DNA of 64,000 nucleotides from Eukaryota sp. TZLM1-RC (GCA_040285825.1 JAUPSS010000001.1:372001-436000); one strand, 5' to 3'. Shown: positions 47,846 to 60,322, numbered from the stretch's first letter. A program made the numbers and translations. Notes: generated by a model from the letters alone, not told the origin.

Positions 47846-48682
47846 TTAAAACTTTGCTCTTCTTTTCCGTCCAGTGTATTTACTATCATTTGCAACAACT
47901 TTACCTGCATTCCTTGCTTTATCTTTCTTTTTTTGTATCCATTCCTTTGATTTCACCAATGGTCTGTTATTCCCCTTTTTTGCTTTAGTATTTCTTCTCG
48001 ATTCAAAGACATTGGCTTTAATATTAGAATCACTTACATCATTCAGACCAGCAGGCAAGGCTCTAGCGCCAGAAGTGAACAAACAGAGAAACATTTTCTT
48101 TGCTTTTGTACTGTTGGGATTATCTACAACCAAACCTCCTCCAAATCCTGCCTTCATTGCACAGGAGGTGATGAGTTCCATTTGCTGAGGTGTCTCAGGG
48201 TATAGTTGAAAGACTGCAGCAGCACCAGAGACAAGACAACCGTAAAGAGAATTGAAGAAAGTCATAAGGCGATGGCGAGGTTTGTGATCACTCTTGTCTG
48301 CCTGACATAGCCACTGAAGAGCAGAAATGGAGATTGCACCATCAAACACACCGGGACGAAACCCTAGACCACACCCAATGTCACATTCAAACAGATCACC
48401 TTCTGATTCCCTTTCAAGGCAAATTCGGAGCATTGCAGGGGATATATCAACACCTGTCCACGTGTGACCCATTTCTGAAAGAACTTCCCCTGATAACCCT
48501 GAACCACAGCCTATGTCAAGAATGTTGTAAGGGCCTCCATTTTCAGGGAGTGATAGTAGATCGAAAGCTCTCTCGGCCATTTCTTTTTGAATTTTGATGA
48601 TACGTGAGTTTCTTGTATATTTACGAGCTTCAGTGTCGTCATAATAAACATCTGCTGGTGCTATATGCTCCGGACGAGACAT
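47846..48682 (-). CDS. BUD23: 18S rRNA m7G methyltransferase Bud23/WBSCR22
   Basis: MSRPEH.AP, LDIGCGSGLSG, ISISALQWLC, C-terminal SKYTGRKRR.KF. Confidence 0.95.
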   Translation of the reverse strand: MSRPEHIAPADVYYDDTEARKYTRNSRIIKIQKEMAERAFDLLSLPENGGPYNILDIGCGSGLSGEVLSEMGHTWTGVDISPAMLRICLERESEGDLFECDIGCGLGFRPGVFDGAISISALQWLCQADKSDHKPRHRLMTFFNSLYGCLVSGAAAVFQLYPETPQQMELITSCAMKAGFGGGLVVDNPNSTKAKKMFLCLFTSGARALPAGLNDVSDSNIKANVFESRRNTKAKKGNNRPLVKSKEWIQKKKDKARNAGKVVANDSKYTGRKRRAKF

Positions 48683-49244
48683 GGAGAATTGCTAGTTTGA
48701 TTTTGTTTGAAGGAAGAATAAGCTGATGATTTGAAGGCAGAAAACATTTCAAAATATCGCTTCTTGTTAAATCGCGTGCGTCTAAACCATTCTTCCATTG
48801 GCTCAATCGTCTGCTTGTTGAAAAGAACAAATCCAGCAGAGGTATTTATTTCTGTTATTCAAAAGAAATAATTGCAATTGCAAAGTGGAGAAAGCAGCTT
48901 TGATGAAATGTTTCTATAGTAAGTTTACCTTGTGCGAGCTCACCAGTTGTCAACTATTGAAAAGATTATCACATACTTACCTTGAACAACACCATGCAAA
49001 AATGATTATCTGTAAGCATAATTTCAGTGGTGATTTAACACTAAAATGGTGATACATAAAATGGTGGTCTGTCTCTCTTGACATTCAATATCCTGTTTTC
49101 AAAGTTTTTGAGGTATTACATTGTCTGAAAAGAGCAAGTTTCCACAGATAGAAACATTAAACACCAGATATCTTTAGCATTTACAGTTGTCCTCAAACTG
49201 ATACATGATGGTTTCTATATTGAATCCTGTTACCTTACTTTACC

Positions 49245-49952
49245 ATGGTCGAAGTGCGTTTTAGTATTCAAAGCGACAAATCTGTTCAATTATGTGGTGA
49301 TTTCAACGAATGGTGCAACTCTCCTTCAGAGAAGGCACTGTTTCTGCAACGTAGTGGCTCCGATGTTCTGTCTATAACTGTTCCGTTATCCCCTGGTGTA
49401 CATCAATATAAATACGTATTTGACAATCAGTGGGAAGCGGGAGCTAACCGAGAAATCTGTGTTTCCCAAACCGATGCCTTGATAGAAGTAATGGATCATT
49501 GTGATGGCCAACCACCAGAGATTACCCATACTCCTGTAATCGAATGGGATGTTGAAAACGCGGTTGCCCCCCACAAGTTGTCACAACTCCGTGAAGAATT
49601 CGAGTCTCAACTTCAAAGTTCTACTCTTGAAATCAATAGACTACGCAATGAACTGGAACAGCAGAAGAAACAATACGAAAAACAACTACAAACAAAAGAG
49701 GCGAAGATTCAAGAATTAACTGCAAAATTCGTGAGCCAGGAACAAGGAATCCCCATTGATAACTCCAAGGCTGAAAACCTCCAAAAATTGGTTGATCATC
49801 TTCGTGGTCAACTGAAAGATGTACAAATGAAGTTGATTACTGAGCAAAATGCACGTAAAAGGATCGCTGATGACTATTCGCAGATGGGAAAACAGGTTGT
49901 ACAGCTTCAAAACTCTGTGAACAGCATGGCGTGTAGGTTTAATAACGAATAA
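49245..49952 (+). CDS. CBM48 glycogen-binding domain plus coiled-coil protein
   Basis: SV.LCGDFNEW, LSPG.HQYKYVFD.QW, then heptad repeats. Confidence 0.75.
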   Translation: MVEVRFSIQSDKSVQLCGDFNEWCNSPSEKALFLQRSGSDVLSITVPLSPGVHQYKYVFDNQWEAGANREICVSQTDALIEVMDHCDGQPPEITHTPVIEWDVENAVAPHKLSQLREEFESQLQSSTLEINRLRNELEQQKKQYEKQLQTKEAKIQELTAKFVSQEQGIPIDNSKAENLQKLVDHLRGQLKDVQMKLITEQNARKRIADDYSQMGKQVVQLQNSVNSMACRFNNE

Positions 49953-50048
49953 ACTAATAAACCAGGAACTTGTGTTTAAATGAATAAAAGAAAATAATAT
50001 GTTTATTGCCAAAGCACAGCACAATGGTATGATCAGCAAAGTATATAA

Positions 50049-50486
50049 TTACTGGTGACGTAGTATGATGTGAACACCAGAATCAGTCCACACAGGACCA
50101 GAGATCTCGCCAACTTTCAGTTCACTAGTTGCTTCTTCAAAAGCAGCTTGCATTTGGCCAGGAGAGAACAAGCCTAAATCACCACCATTCTGAGCTGAGC
50201 CACAATCAGAGTAAGTTTTTGCAATTTCTGCAAAAGAGGCTTCACTAGAGTCTATCTTATTCTTTAGATCCTGAAGAATTACAAGTGCCTCTTCCTTTGA
50301 TCTTGTAATGTTTTTCTCGCGCCATGAAGAAGGTCTTCTGGATTCGCGATGTTTCACAAGTATATGAGATGCGTGAAACTGTTTAGGTTCTTCAAAATCG
50401 CTGGGTTTTTCCCATTGAGATTGACCTGTGGACCTGTTAAAGTAGTAAGTTTGTCCGGTTCGTTGAGATGTCTGTTTTGTCCACAT
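50049..50486 (-). CDS. PIN1: Peptidyl-prolyl isomerase Pin1/Ess1 (WW + parvulin)
   Basis: WW domain (YYFN..T..SQWEKP), HILVKH.ESRRPSSWR, SDCGSA..GGDLG, TDSGVHII. Confidence 0.95.
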   Translation of the reverse strand: MWTKQTSQRTGQTYYFNRSTGQSQWEKPSDFEEPKQFHASHILVKHRESRRPSSWREKNITRSKEEALVILQDLKNKIDSSEASFAEIAKTYSDCGSAQNGGDLGLFSPGQMQAAFEEATSELKVGEISGPVWTDSGVHIILRHQ

Positions 50487-52019
50487 TTTGTAGGAATTTT
50501 GGTCTTGAAGAGGAATTCACCATCTTTATCGAATTTTGCTATTCGATAAACCTACTTCCAGCTTCCTTTTTTGGCTTCCTACTTCAAGTGAGGCCGGATT
50601 TAATTCAAGCTCATTTGTTTTCATTTTCAACTTTTGTTTTAAATAAGTTGCAATCATAAGTAGGTAATTTGTGTAGCTATTTTTAGGATTAGTGTTGTTC
50701 TCAAAATTGTTCAGCAAATGCCACATCGTTCACTCCCCAATTTACGTTTTTGCTTGAAAAAGTTACAGCACGCACTTGTTAAATTGTGTGGAAGCTTGGA
50801 TTATGAAGAAAGACTTGGCCTAGCCAAAACCAAATCTACCGCTTTTTGGAAATTGTTTAGGGGACATTCACGAAATTAGTTTTATGTTGCTTTTGTTGCC
50901 CAAGTCCCTCTAATTACGGACTTTTTTTCGAGAAAAAGATGAATGGCTTTTAAGAATGCGTTTCGTTCTGTGTGATGAAACAATTTGCCTAGTTATTTGA
51001 TTTGTAAATATTGAAACCCTCTTTTGATTACTCATCTTTTGAACTGTAATCCTTTTATTAAATTCAAGAGTATAGTATATAGTAATGCTAGACCAAATCA
51101 ATGCCATATGTAAACAGTATCAAGTAGATTTGTTTAGAACCATTGTCATCAAAATTAATTCTTATTAATCCCAACACTGACAGTATACGCTACAACAATG
51201 CTTCTACAAGTCTGACATGAGATGTTTTGGTTGTTCTTGGTTTAAATGAAAGCCTCACCATTTTGAATGCCATCTCTATTGACCCTAGTATTTCTTTCAA
51301 TGAACATCTATTCAATTCTGATGGCATAAAAAACGCATCTTACAGATTTAAAATACAATGTTGGTAAATACTGGAAACCTAGTTCTTATGTAAATGGGTA
51401 AAATGAACAATATAATTGGAGCAGAACAGAGGCAGGGGCTGTTGTTATAGAGCTTTAGTCGTTTATTTGATATTGCTTTTCGTTGTTCTAATCATCTACC
51501 ATCAAAGATGACTAATCAATATGATGAGCTGATACAAACACCCAAATTGGGGCCATTAGATCAATAATTCTTTGCTTTTGCGGAATTGCTCTAGTATGGT
51601 AGCAAACCATTCTATAGGAATTTTGGTTAAATTTCTGACAAAATCTGTGGTGATTTGAGGATTAAACTTACATAGCGAATGATACACTTTTCCTGAATAA
51701 TAATACATGAATAATAATACCAAATTATGTTTGATAATAAAAACAATGCAAATAGTTTATGGATCCTTTGGATAGTCAATGTGAAATTTAATCAGCCTGC
51801 AAGTCTTTGAAGAAAATCAAATATTGCGTTTCTCCATCCACCAATAGGAGTACAAGAAGTAATAATTCCGCAAAATAATTGATCTCAAATATTTTCCTTT
51901 TTGTTGCCCGAAACCCTTCAATGATTCATCGAATTTCATTTTGTGTATCATGAAACTCATCAAAAATATGTCAAGATTCAATTCATTATCCTGCTTTTCA
52001 CTTCATCACATCATTACGC

Positions 52020-52372
52020 ACCTAGAAAAGAACGCCGTAAAAAGAAAATGAAAAAATATGAAGAACCATTGGCACATTTAGGTAGAGTCGAACATGTACA
52101 ATATCAGTTTGTGTCGGTTGCTATTTCTTTTTTTTGGCAATGTTGTGCCTCAGGACTGCATTTTTCCTTAAACTTAAAGTCGGTTCTGCAAAACAGGTCT
52201 CATAAAGAATTGAATTACACTTTCTGGTTTAATAAAATTGTCTTTTGCATTTTTCAAGTCTATTCCAACAAATATTCCTAAAGCCCTTTTAGCTATTGGT
52301 GTAGAATATGAGCGAAATGCTGTGAGTAGGTTTAGCGATTGTGATGCTTCTTTGGAGGATATTGAATTCTAG
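52020..52372 (+). mobile_element. CRE-like 3' fragment
   Basis: KKYEEPLAHLGRVEHV, FWFNKIVF, LEDIEF*. Confidence 0.7.
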
Positions 52373-52870
52373 ATAGTATTTTGGATCAATGAAAATATGC
52401 TACAAAAGCTTAACTGAATTGTTGCATTTATTCTACTGGTTTTCCTTTTTACATTCATCAACATTTACTATGCTGGCTATTCTCCCATCCACAATCATTC
52501 AATTTCCAGTCATGTTTCTGGGCTAACGACACGCGAAACTACAAATACACATGGCTAGGGCCAACAATAGTGCTTCAATTTATAATTGAGATCGGGCGTT
52601 GACTTTGAAATTCTTCATGATGCTAAATGAATTTTTATTGTTTTACACAAAGTCATTTTCACTTCCTAGTCAACAGCTTTATATACTGATGCTCAATTCT
52701 GTACATTGATCCTTGTGTTTGTTTTTAGTTTTTTTCCCAAAAGGAATGGATTTCGTACCAAAATTGTACCTGTTCCGAGACCTCAGACTATCAAGATGAT
52801 AGATAAACACTACTTACTTTTTTTACAATTGAAATTTATTTTCAACGCTAATAAAACATTAAACAAAAAA

Positions 52871-55800
52871 CTAGAACTCAATATCCTCAATACACGCATC
52901 AACATCATCAAATCTTTTAAGCGCGCGATTTTCATACTCTATTCCCAATTGTAACAGTGCTTTGGTCAACATTTCTGGAATTGCTTTAAGAATACTAAAA
53001 ACAATTCTATTGTGCCAGAAATAGAAGTTCAATTCTTTTCCTGCTCTTTCTTTTATTAAACTTCTGAAACCTTCAAGAAATTTAATGCCAGATATTCCAA
53101 TGTTACCAAAAAGAGAAACAGCAAATGGAACCAACTGATACTTGACATGCTCAACACGTCCTAGCTGAGATAAGGGTTCATTGTACTTTTTGATTTTGCT
53201 CTTTTCAGCAAAGCAAAGTGGAGTTTCATCTCTTTTAGCAAAATCAATTGCTGAGTCTTTACAAACATCAACAGTGACAACATCAACAACTTTAATCACA
53301 CCATCAGACCCAGGGGTAATTAAATCAGCACGGCGTTTCCCAAAAGTATTTTCATCTTCATTTTGAGATGACAACCTTCGCACAAGTGGTTCAACAAAAG
53401 CTTTAGTGTGATGACTTTTGCACATAGCGTATAGTTGGTCTCTAACAGCATCGTGAACCACTGAACTATATGTAATATTAACTTTGCAATTAAATAAATG
53501 ATTTAGATTGATGAGCTGACCACAACGACAAATCAAATCATTTGGCACACTACATGGCCGCAGAAAACACCTCATCCTGAAGACAGTTGTCCATTGATGA
53601 TCATTTAATAATAGACCATATACATTTGGAATCTGGGAAATAAGACAACTTGAGCTACTATCCTTGAGGTCAATTAAAAAGTTTGCAAAAACGGGATTCT
53701 TTTCTTTAGCCAAGCTAAGACGAACAATGAAATCCAAGTTTTCAATAATTTTTAATATCAATTTCTGCAATTTAGCATATGCAAATTTCAAGGAAATCAA
53801 ACTCCTGGGTGGAATTTCTTGAATATCAGCAGGAAAGCATTTGGACCATATGTGAGGAGAGATGCATTCAATTTCACTCTGCAAGGACACTAAATAGTCA
53901 CTAACACAACATTCTATTAAATGTTGGTTTTCAGGAAAACGTTTCAAAAATTCAAAAACGAAATTTTTGCCTCCACCGATGAATGCGGCTTTACACAAAT
54001 ATTTTGATTTGTGAAAATCCAGGCCTCCCAATTCTGTGCTACAAAAAATATGACTACGTAAAAAAGAAGAATCAATATCGAGCAAATTAGCCAAAAATTT
54101 TGTTCTTAATTCATTAAAAATTCTGCAAAATTCGAGAGATATAGATGGTGATGTTGATCGTAAAATATGAGTAAATTTCCCTGAATAACAAATTCTGAGG
54201 AAGAAAAATTAGATGTTTTTCAATATTTAAATCTGAAAGAACCATCAATACTTCTTCAAAATTATCCAAAAGAGAGGAAAGTTGATTTCGAATTTCATCA
54301 AAATTGCCTAAATAACAACCTAAAAAACGAAATCCTGATTCAAAATAATTGATAAAAGGAACACTTTGATCATCAATAATGAGATCAGCAGACTCTCTAC
54401 CAATCAATAAACATTTGGAAATATTTAGAGAAAGACCAATTTGATAATAGCGCTGTTGAACAATTTCAGCAACTGTTCTCAATGAATCAATTGGACCAAT
54501 TATTGATATGTCATCCATATAAGCAGTTATATGAACATCTGGAAAGTCTTGTTTTAATTCACACATTAAAGGATGGATAGCAAGGCAGAAAAAGAAAGGA
54601 CATAATGGATCACCTTGTTTGACACCAGATGCTGATATTAGATTGAATTTCTCACATACAAAAGTCGACTGTGAGCCATAAAAATTGTAAAAGAACTCAG
54701 GACTCAGCTTCTGAAAAATGAGTTTGAACCAAGAGCAAGATGGACGACCTCTTTACTGCATTGAAAGCGTTTTTAAAATCTAAATTAAAAATATAATTCG
54801 AAGTATTTGAATTAAAAAAGACATCAGAAGAGAGTGCTGCAGAAGATGCACCATCAACTGTGTTAATTCCAAATTGGAAAGGACTAAAAAAATCTTTAGC
54901 TTTTTTACCAATCCTGCCAAAAACTGCTGAAGCAAGAATACGAGACAAAGATTCACCAATTGCAATAGGCCTTATTTTTGATTCATTCTTTTTTAAAGCA
55001 ATTAAGCGTGAACTTGTCATTTCAGATGGAAACTTGATTTTTAATGTTAAAATTTTGTGGAAAAAGAACACCAAATCATCAATGCATTCAGGACATCGGT
55101 TCACCGTGGATTTTAACATGGTAAAAGTAATCATTGATGGGCCAGGCGCTTTTCCACATGGTAATTGGTTAATCAATTTAATTAGTTCATCATTAGTTAG
55201 GGGATTTTGCTCCCAATGACTTACATTATTAGGTTTAGAGCACTTAAAATTTTCAATAGGATGGAGACTCTTAAGTTGAGCAATAGTATTTTTATTACAT
55301 TCTGCAAGTTGAGATGAAAACAGGCATTGCTTAGCGGAACCATAGCGTCCCTTTAAAGCTAATTTTCGAACAATTTTTTCTTTCTTCATGACCGAAGGAC
55401 GAAATTTTGATTTCGATGACAATAATTTTTTATCTTTAAGCAAAAAAAATTTCCATAGCGGTGTTACATCCCATATGCCTTTTTAAATTGGTAGTAAATT
55501 TTCGAAAACTGATTGAAACGGGGATGCAAGAAAGAGGACTTACCTGTGATGGAACACGTATTGGAAACCTCAAGGAATCAACAGCTTTACAGGATTCACA
55601 AAAACGTAATGGTCGGCCAGAAGAATTAATGCCCAAATTTTTGGTACAGAATAGACACTTATTATTCGGAGAATCATTGGATGAATTTACAGGTACTATT
55701 GCTGGTATTTCTTGATCAGCATTATCATCATTTATGGGTAACGAAGAGAGTGATTGTTTCAAATGAGCAGATGCAGCACGAGCTTTTAATTGTTCTTGTT

Positions 55801-55980
55801 TTAATTGGGGACATGTTTTAACGTTATGTCCCGGTTGACGACATTTACCACAACTCTGAGAATGAACTTTTCCAGTTTTTAATGGTAATGGTTTTATTTT
55901 TTCAGTTATTTAAATTTTGTCAATTTGTGAGTTAGAAGTAGAAATAGATTTTTGACTTTTTCCAATTTCAGCTGGAGAAA
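52871..55980 (-). mobile_element. Near full-length CRE/SLACS-like retrotransposon (family B), frameshifted
   Basis: N-terminal CCHC (CGKCRQPGHNVKTC), GKAPGP, IRPIAIGE, QFG, LDFKNAFN, QGDP, AYMDD, RLE with KRRAD. Confidence 0.9.
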
Positions 55981-56344
55981 ACAAATTTCGAGAAACGGAG
56001 TTGTGAAACGGAGAAACGACACTACTTACTGGGTGGAACTTACTGGATCTTACATATCGAACTTCACCACTGCTTACCTATGTAGAAAATTACCTACTGG
56101 TTGGTCAACCATCTAACAGAACATTCAGTTTTCCTTCCAATAGTTGTTGATGAATTATCCACTCATTGTATAAAAATCAGCATTTATTTCACATACATAC
56201 AAACGAGACAAGATAATACTGCCAAAAGAGACGCGACGTGCTGGCACGAAGACGTCGGATAACCAAGTCTTGTTTGAATCAAAATTGATCAAGGAATCGT
56301 TTTTAAATACATTTGAATAAAAGAACCTGTTTTCTTATTCACAC

Positions 56345-56855
56345 ATGGATTCAGATCGGATCAATGTTCAAATCGGTGGCAGTGGCAGACTTCCAGTAAG
56401 TCTACTTCCCAGAAACCTTCAATGATACCCTTCACTTTGAGTACATGTCTCGCTCATCTGAACCTTCTCGAAAGGTTTATTCCATCGAAGGCTGGGAAGA
56501 GTTTCTGTCCAACTGTCTTGATCTTCCTGTAACAAGACAATATCCTGGATTTCAAATAGAAGAAGTATCTATAGAACCTTTTGTTAAACCACATCGTCCA
56601 CTAATTGAAAGACCCACTCGTTTGTATACAGGACCTCTGTGTAGTACTGCATCTGAAGGTGAAATTCAGTTAGTCTGCAGAGAGATTGAATCACAACCAG
56701 TAGAGTACACAATGTCTTCTGGGGAAGTTGAGGAGGAGGTATTGGAGGTGTGGGAACCAAGAATCAAAACAACTGAAAAAGTTGAACACATTGAAAGAAC
56801 AGTAACAGTAAGAGACGTTCCAGAAGCTGCAGGAATCTGGTTTGAAGAAGATTAG
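56345..56855 (+). CDS. Hypothetical acidic protein (ORF 56445..56855; possible upstream exon 56345-56395)
   Basis: 136-aa ORF; upstream ATG and GTAAGT donor. Confidence 0.5.
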
Positions 56856-56972
56856 TGGCATATTCAAATAAAAAATTACCAATAATTAAAAACAAAAAAA
56901 AACAACATTAACAAAATATAATATACATTTATTAATGATGCAAAAAAATAGTTTGATTTAAATTTGAATAAC

Positions 56973-59279
56973 TCAATCTTCACTATCTTGATTCATGACT
57001 GAATTCAGTAGTACTGTCAACTCTTCTACTTTTAAAGTCAATAATTCATTTTGTTTCTTTAACAACTCATTTTCTAATTCCAATTCCTCTTCTTTTACAC
57101 TTTTTAACTGATGGTCTTCATCATTCTTCTCCATTTTTGAACTCTCCTTTTGACTCCTACTGAACAAAGGTGTTCTCATCACCTTTGAACTATGCAGAAG
57201 CTTGACCCCTCGAAGGAAACAATCCGTCCATTCATACAAAGCATGCAAAAAAGGAGGTGAAAGTGACACCGTTCCAGATGAAAGACAAGCAGAAACTGTG
57301 TTCATAATGGATAGTAATTGAGGTATGAAAAGCTCAAAAACATTTGATGGGTGAGCTTCTTTGAGCTTTACTCTGAATTTTGGAGATACCAAGTAACTCT
57401 TCAACAGTGTCCATTCGTCAGCAGTGGCGGGTTCAAACAACTTAAACTGCTGATCTGAAATATTTTCTCCCGTTATTAAGGACAAAACTCTCAAAATAAA
57501 TACAACATTATTGTTTGGTGTTTTGGATAAAGTTGTTTTAAAGGCTGAGAGTCTGGTTGAGGTTAATTTGGTTTTTAAAATGCAACTGCATTTAGAAATA
57601 ATTTCAGAGATGTTTTTTTGATTTTCAGTTTGATAAACTGAAGTTCCAAAATCATCGAAATTTTCAGACCTACTTGTCAAAGAAGGTGTGACATGTGAAT
57701 GTGATCTCTTCTTAATCTCTTTTATCTCATATTCTTGTTCAACTTCAAAATTTAAAGCAACGATTCTATGATTATCAGAATCCACCACTAATAATCTATT
57801 AAATTCTTCATCGAAAATCATTGAAGAAAAGAAAGAGCTTTGATCAGTACATTGCCAAATAGTAGTAACTGATGACGTCACCAAATCAATCAATCTAATT
57901 GATGGATTAAGGTCAGTTAAAAACATATATCGCTTACTTGGATCCAAAACAATTTTCAACGGGAAATTCAATTTTGACTTCAATAGACCTCCATCAGAAA
58001 ACCCTTGACTCGACCCCACCAATGTAGAAGTTACAAAACAACCCTTCGTAGAATCCCACTTGACCAACCTGACAACGTGATTGGCACTATCACAAACTAA
58101 GAATGATTTGGTCTTATACAAAACAATGCAGGACGGTCTGTTAAACAATGCCTTGACTCCATCCACAAGTCCAACTTGACCCGCCTTTCCTGCTATAATG
58201 GACAACTCTTTACGGTCCAGGCTGGCCATCCATATAGCTGAGGCGTCGGTCAAGTAGATATGCTGTCCATGGACTACGAAAGAGGTAGGATCAGTGATTG
58301 CACAAGAGGAGAAAGGACCAGGTATTTGGCCTCTGGAATTACCAAAAAGAGGATGTATAAATGAGAAATTAAGAGCAATTGTGGAAACCTGGCAATCATT
58401 CGTGTTGATTGCAATCATCGACATCCCATCAATCAAACTGATTGGTTGAACTTGAACTATATTAGTGACACGGAGAACTTTACCACTTTCTGTAACAACT
58501 GTACTTACTGATTCAACATGTCCTTCATTATTCAAATCTACACTTCGCAGGGAGAAATTACCACTATCTATAATAAATATTCTATTTCTTTCAGGTTTAA
58601 TGATACAATTAGGTAAGTTAAATAGAGCAGTGCTTGGTGCTCCATCATCACTGCCAGGAATTCCAAAAGAACCTAGGAAAGAAGTTATTGTAGGATTATA
58701 AAAGTCAAGGTTAGTCTTGTATTTTTGACCTTCTTTTGGAGCAGGTGACGTGATAGGGCTGAATGGTGCATCTGGTTTAAGATTAACACTGATGATCGGG
58801 GTGAGTGGATCAGCAAGTGGTTTGGCTCTGGGAGTATGAGGAGGGGTTACGGTGGACTGTTTGATCTTGGGGTCAAATTCTTCTATTTTCTGCATAATGA
58901 TAGTGACCAGATGAGTGTTGGTGGAGGAGGAAAAAATGGAAGACCGTAGACGACAGAGTTCAACAACGCGATGTCTAATAGAACTGTTGATGGTGAGGAA
59001 GGCAGAGAGGAGACGAAGGAAGCCCATAAGAAACTTTGGGGCAGGAATAGATATCACTTTGATGAGAAGCTGATCGATAGGGCCTTGGTGTTGAAGAATA
59101 GAAGAGTGTGTATGACAAGAGTATGCAAACCTATAGAGATCATCTTCAGTGAGCTCAGGTGTTGATTCTGGGGAAGAAAGAGTCTTGGAAATTTCATTGA
59201 ATCCTTTCGTGAGTGAAGATGCAGTGAAGGTAGATGGGTCGAGCGTAAGACTATCGACTAGAGTTTTGAGGCTGGTCAT
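56973..59279 (-). CDS. NHL-repeat protein with a C-terminal helical/coiled-coil region (true start probably MTSLK at 59279)
   Basis: NHL repeats (DG....ALFN.P, D..NH.VR). The ORF-track extension 59280-59420 is Fanzor-element sequence. Confidence 0.8.
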   Translation of the reverse strand: MTSLKTLVDSLTLDPSTFTASSLTKGFNEISKTLSSPESTPELTEDDLYRFAYSCHTHSSILQHQGPIDQLLIKVISIPAPKFLMGFLRLLSAFLTINSSIRHRVVELCRLRSSIFSSSTNTHLVTIIMQKIEEFDPKIKQSTVTPPHTPRAKPLADPLTPIISVNLKPDAPFSPITSPAPKEGQKYKTNLDFYNPTITSFLGSFGIPGSDDGAPSTALFNLPNCIIKPERNRIFIIDSGNFSLRSVDLNNEGHVESVSTVVTESGKVLRVTNIVQVQPISLIDGMSMIAINTNDCQVSTIALNFSFIHPLFGNSRGQIPGPFSSCAITDPTSFVVHGQHIYLTDASAIWMASLDRKELSIIAGKAGQVGLVDGVKALFNRPSCIVLYKTKSFLVCDSANHVVRLVKWDSTKGCFVTSTLVGSSQGFSDGGLLKSKLNFPLKIVLDPSKRYMFLTDLNPSIRLIDLVTSSVTTIWQCTDQSSFFSSMIFDEEFNRLLVVDSDNHRIVALNFEVEQEYEIKEIKKRSHSHVTPSLTSRSENFDDFGTSVYQTENQKNISEIISKCSCILKTKLTSTRLSAFKTTLSKTPNNNVVFILRVLSLITGENISDQQFKLFEPATADEWTLLKSYLVSPKFRVKLKEAHPSNVFELFIPQLLSIMNTVSACLSSGTVSLSPPFLHALYEWTDCFLRGVKLLHSSKVMRTPLFSRSQKESSKMEKNDEDHQLKSVKEEELELENELLKKQNELLTLKVEELTVLLNSVMNQDSED

Positions 59280-60300
59280 TGTTAAAGATATTGTCCATAA
59301 CAATGAAATAGGTGTCCTTTTTGTACAGAGGGCTTTTGTATAAGAGCAACTCTCGAATTCCTTTCTTTGAACCTTCATCAATCGTGGTATTCTATATGTG
59401 CACTGGTCAACTTCCTCCATTCAACTGTGCTTCCATCACTACCAACATATACAGTGAAGCATTTCGATCACTATTCCACAAATTTTCGCATGATCTACAC
59501 ATGGTAAGCCCGTGACGAATAGACATCTCATACATCTGCCATGTCCCGGATTTTTGTACCATCGGAACGATTCAATTGTTTTCTGTGCTTTCTTACAGTT
59601 GAAAACAACAGCTGGTTTGAAACTCATCAATTAAATAGGCTTTTTAACCAGCTTTTTTGACCAAAATTCTCAAATCTTGTCTTTCGGTAGGTTCTTTAAA
59701 TTTCTTCAGTTTTCGTTGTTATCAGTTATTATTGATATAAATTCCTTTGTTCAATATACTTCTTAAATGTGGCAAACCTGCAGCTTTTGGAATCGATTTG
59801 GGATAAAGTTGCTACCCATTCTGCTACAGATTTTGGTTGTGTGAAACAAGGATTAGTAGCCATCTTCAATTTATTGATTTCTCCTGGTACCTTACCTGTT
59901 CATAAAATTTTCTTCAATATTTCAATTGTTTTATTATGCTGCAGCTTCGATCCATCCTGTCGTTGCTCTTCAGATTCTTTATATTACAATTACTGTGTTA
60001 ACTGACCTCATTATCGTAGTAGTTGCTTCCGTCTTATATCTCCTACCGTCTTTCAATTTTAGTACTTTAGACTACTGGTTTTTGGTGTTTCTGAATTTAA
60101 CTTTTCAATCTGGTTCTCAAATGTTGTAAAAAATATAGTAAACCAGATTTAGTTGGATCAGCAGTAGAAACTGTTATTCCATGATATTGAGAACGATTAT
60201 CATCAGGATTATGTCATGTCAAGTTAATTTACAATTGGGTAACAGATATTATTTTATCAGTTTCAATACTCCAAATTTTAATCTTTCAATATTGTTTTTA
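59277..60300 (-). mobile_element. Decayed Fanzor element, copy 2, truncated by an LTR retrotransposon
   Basis: SIETD, VSTADPTKSGLLYF (RuvC-I-like), KFRNTKNQ, KSVAEW, KFKEPT, LIDEFQTS, RHGLTMCRSCENLWNSDRNAS. Confidence 0.8.
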
Positions 60301-60322
60301 ATCTAACCAATCAACAAAATTT

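Noticed and set aside
59280-59420. 47-aa N-terminal extension of the 815-aa ORF
   Set aside because: Lies within Fanzor-derived sequence homologous to 15820-15981.
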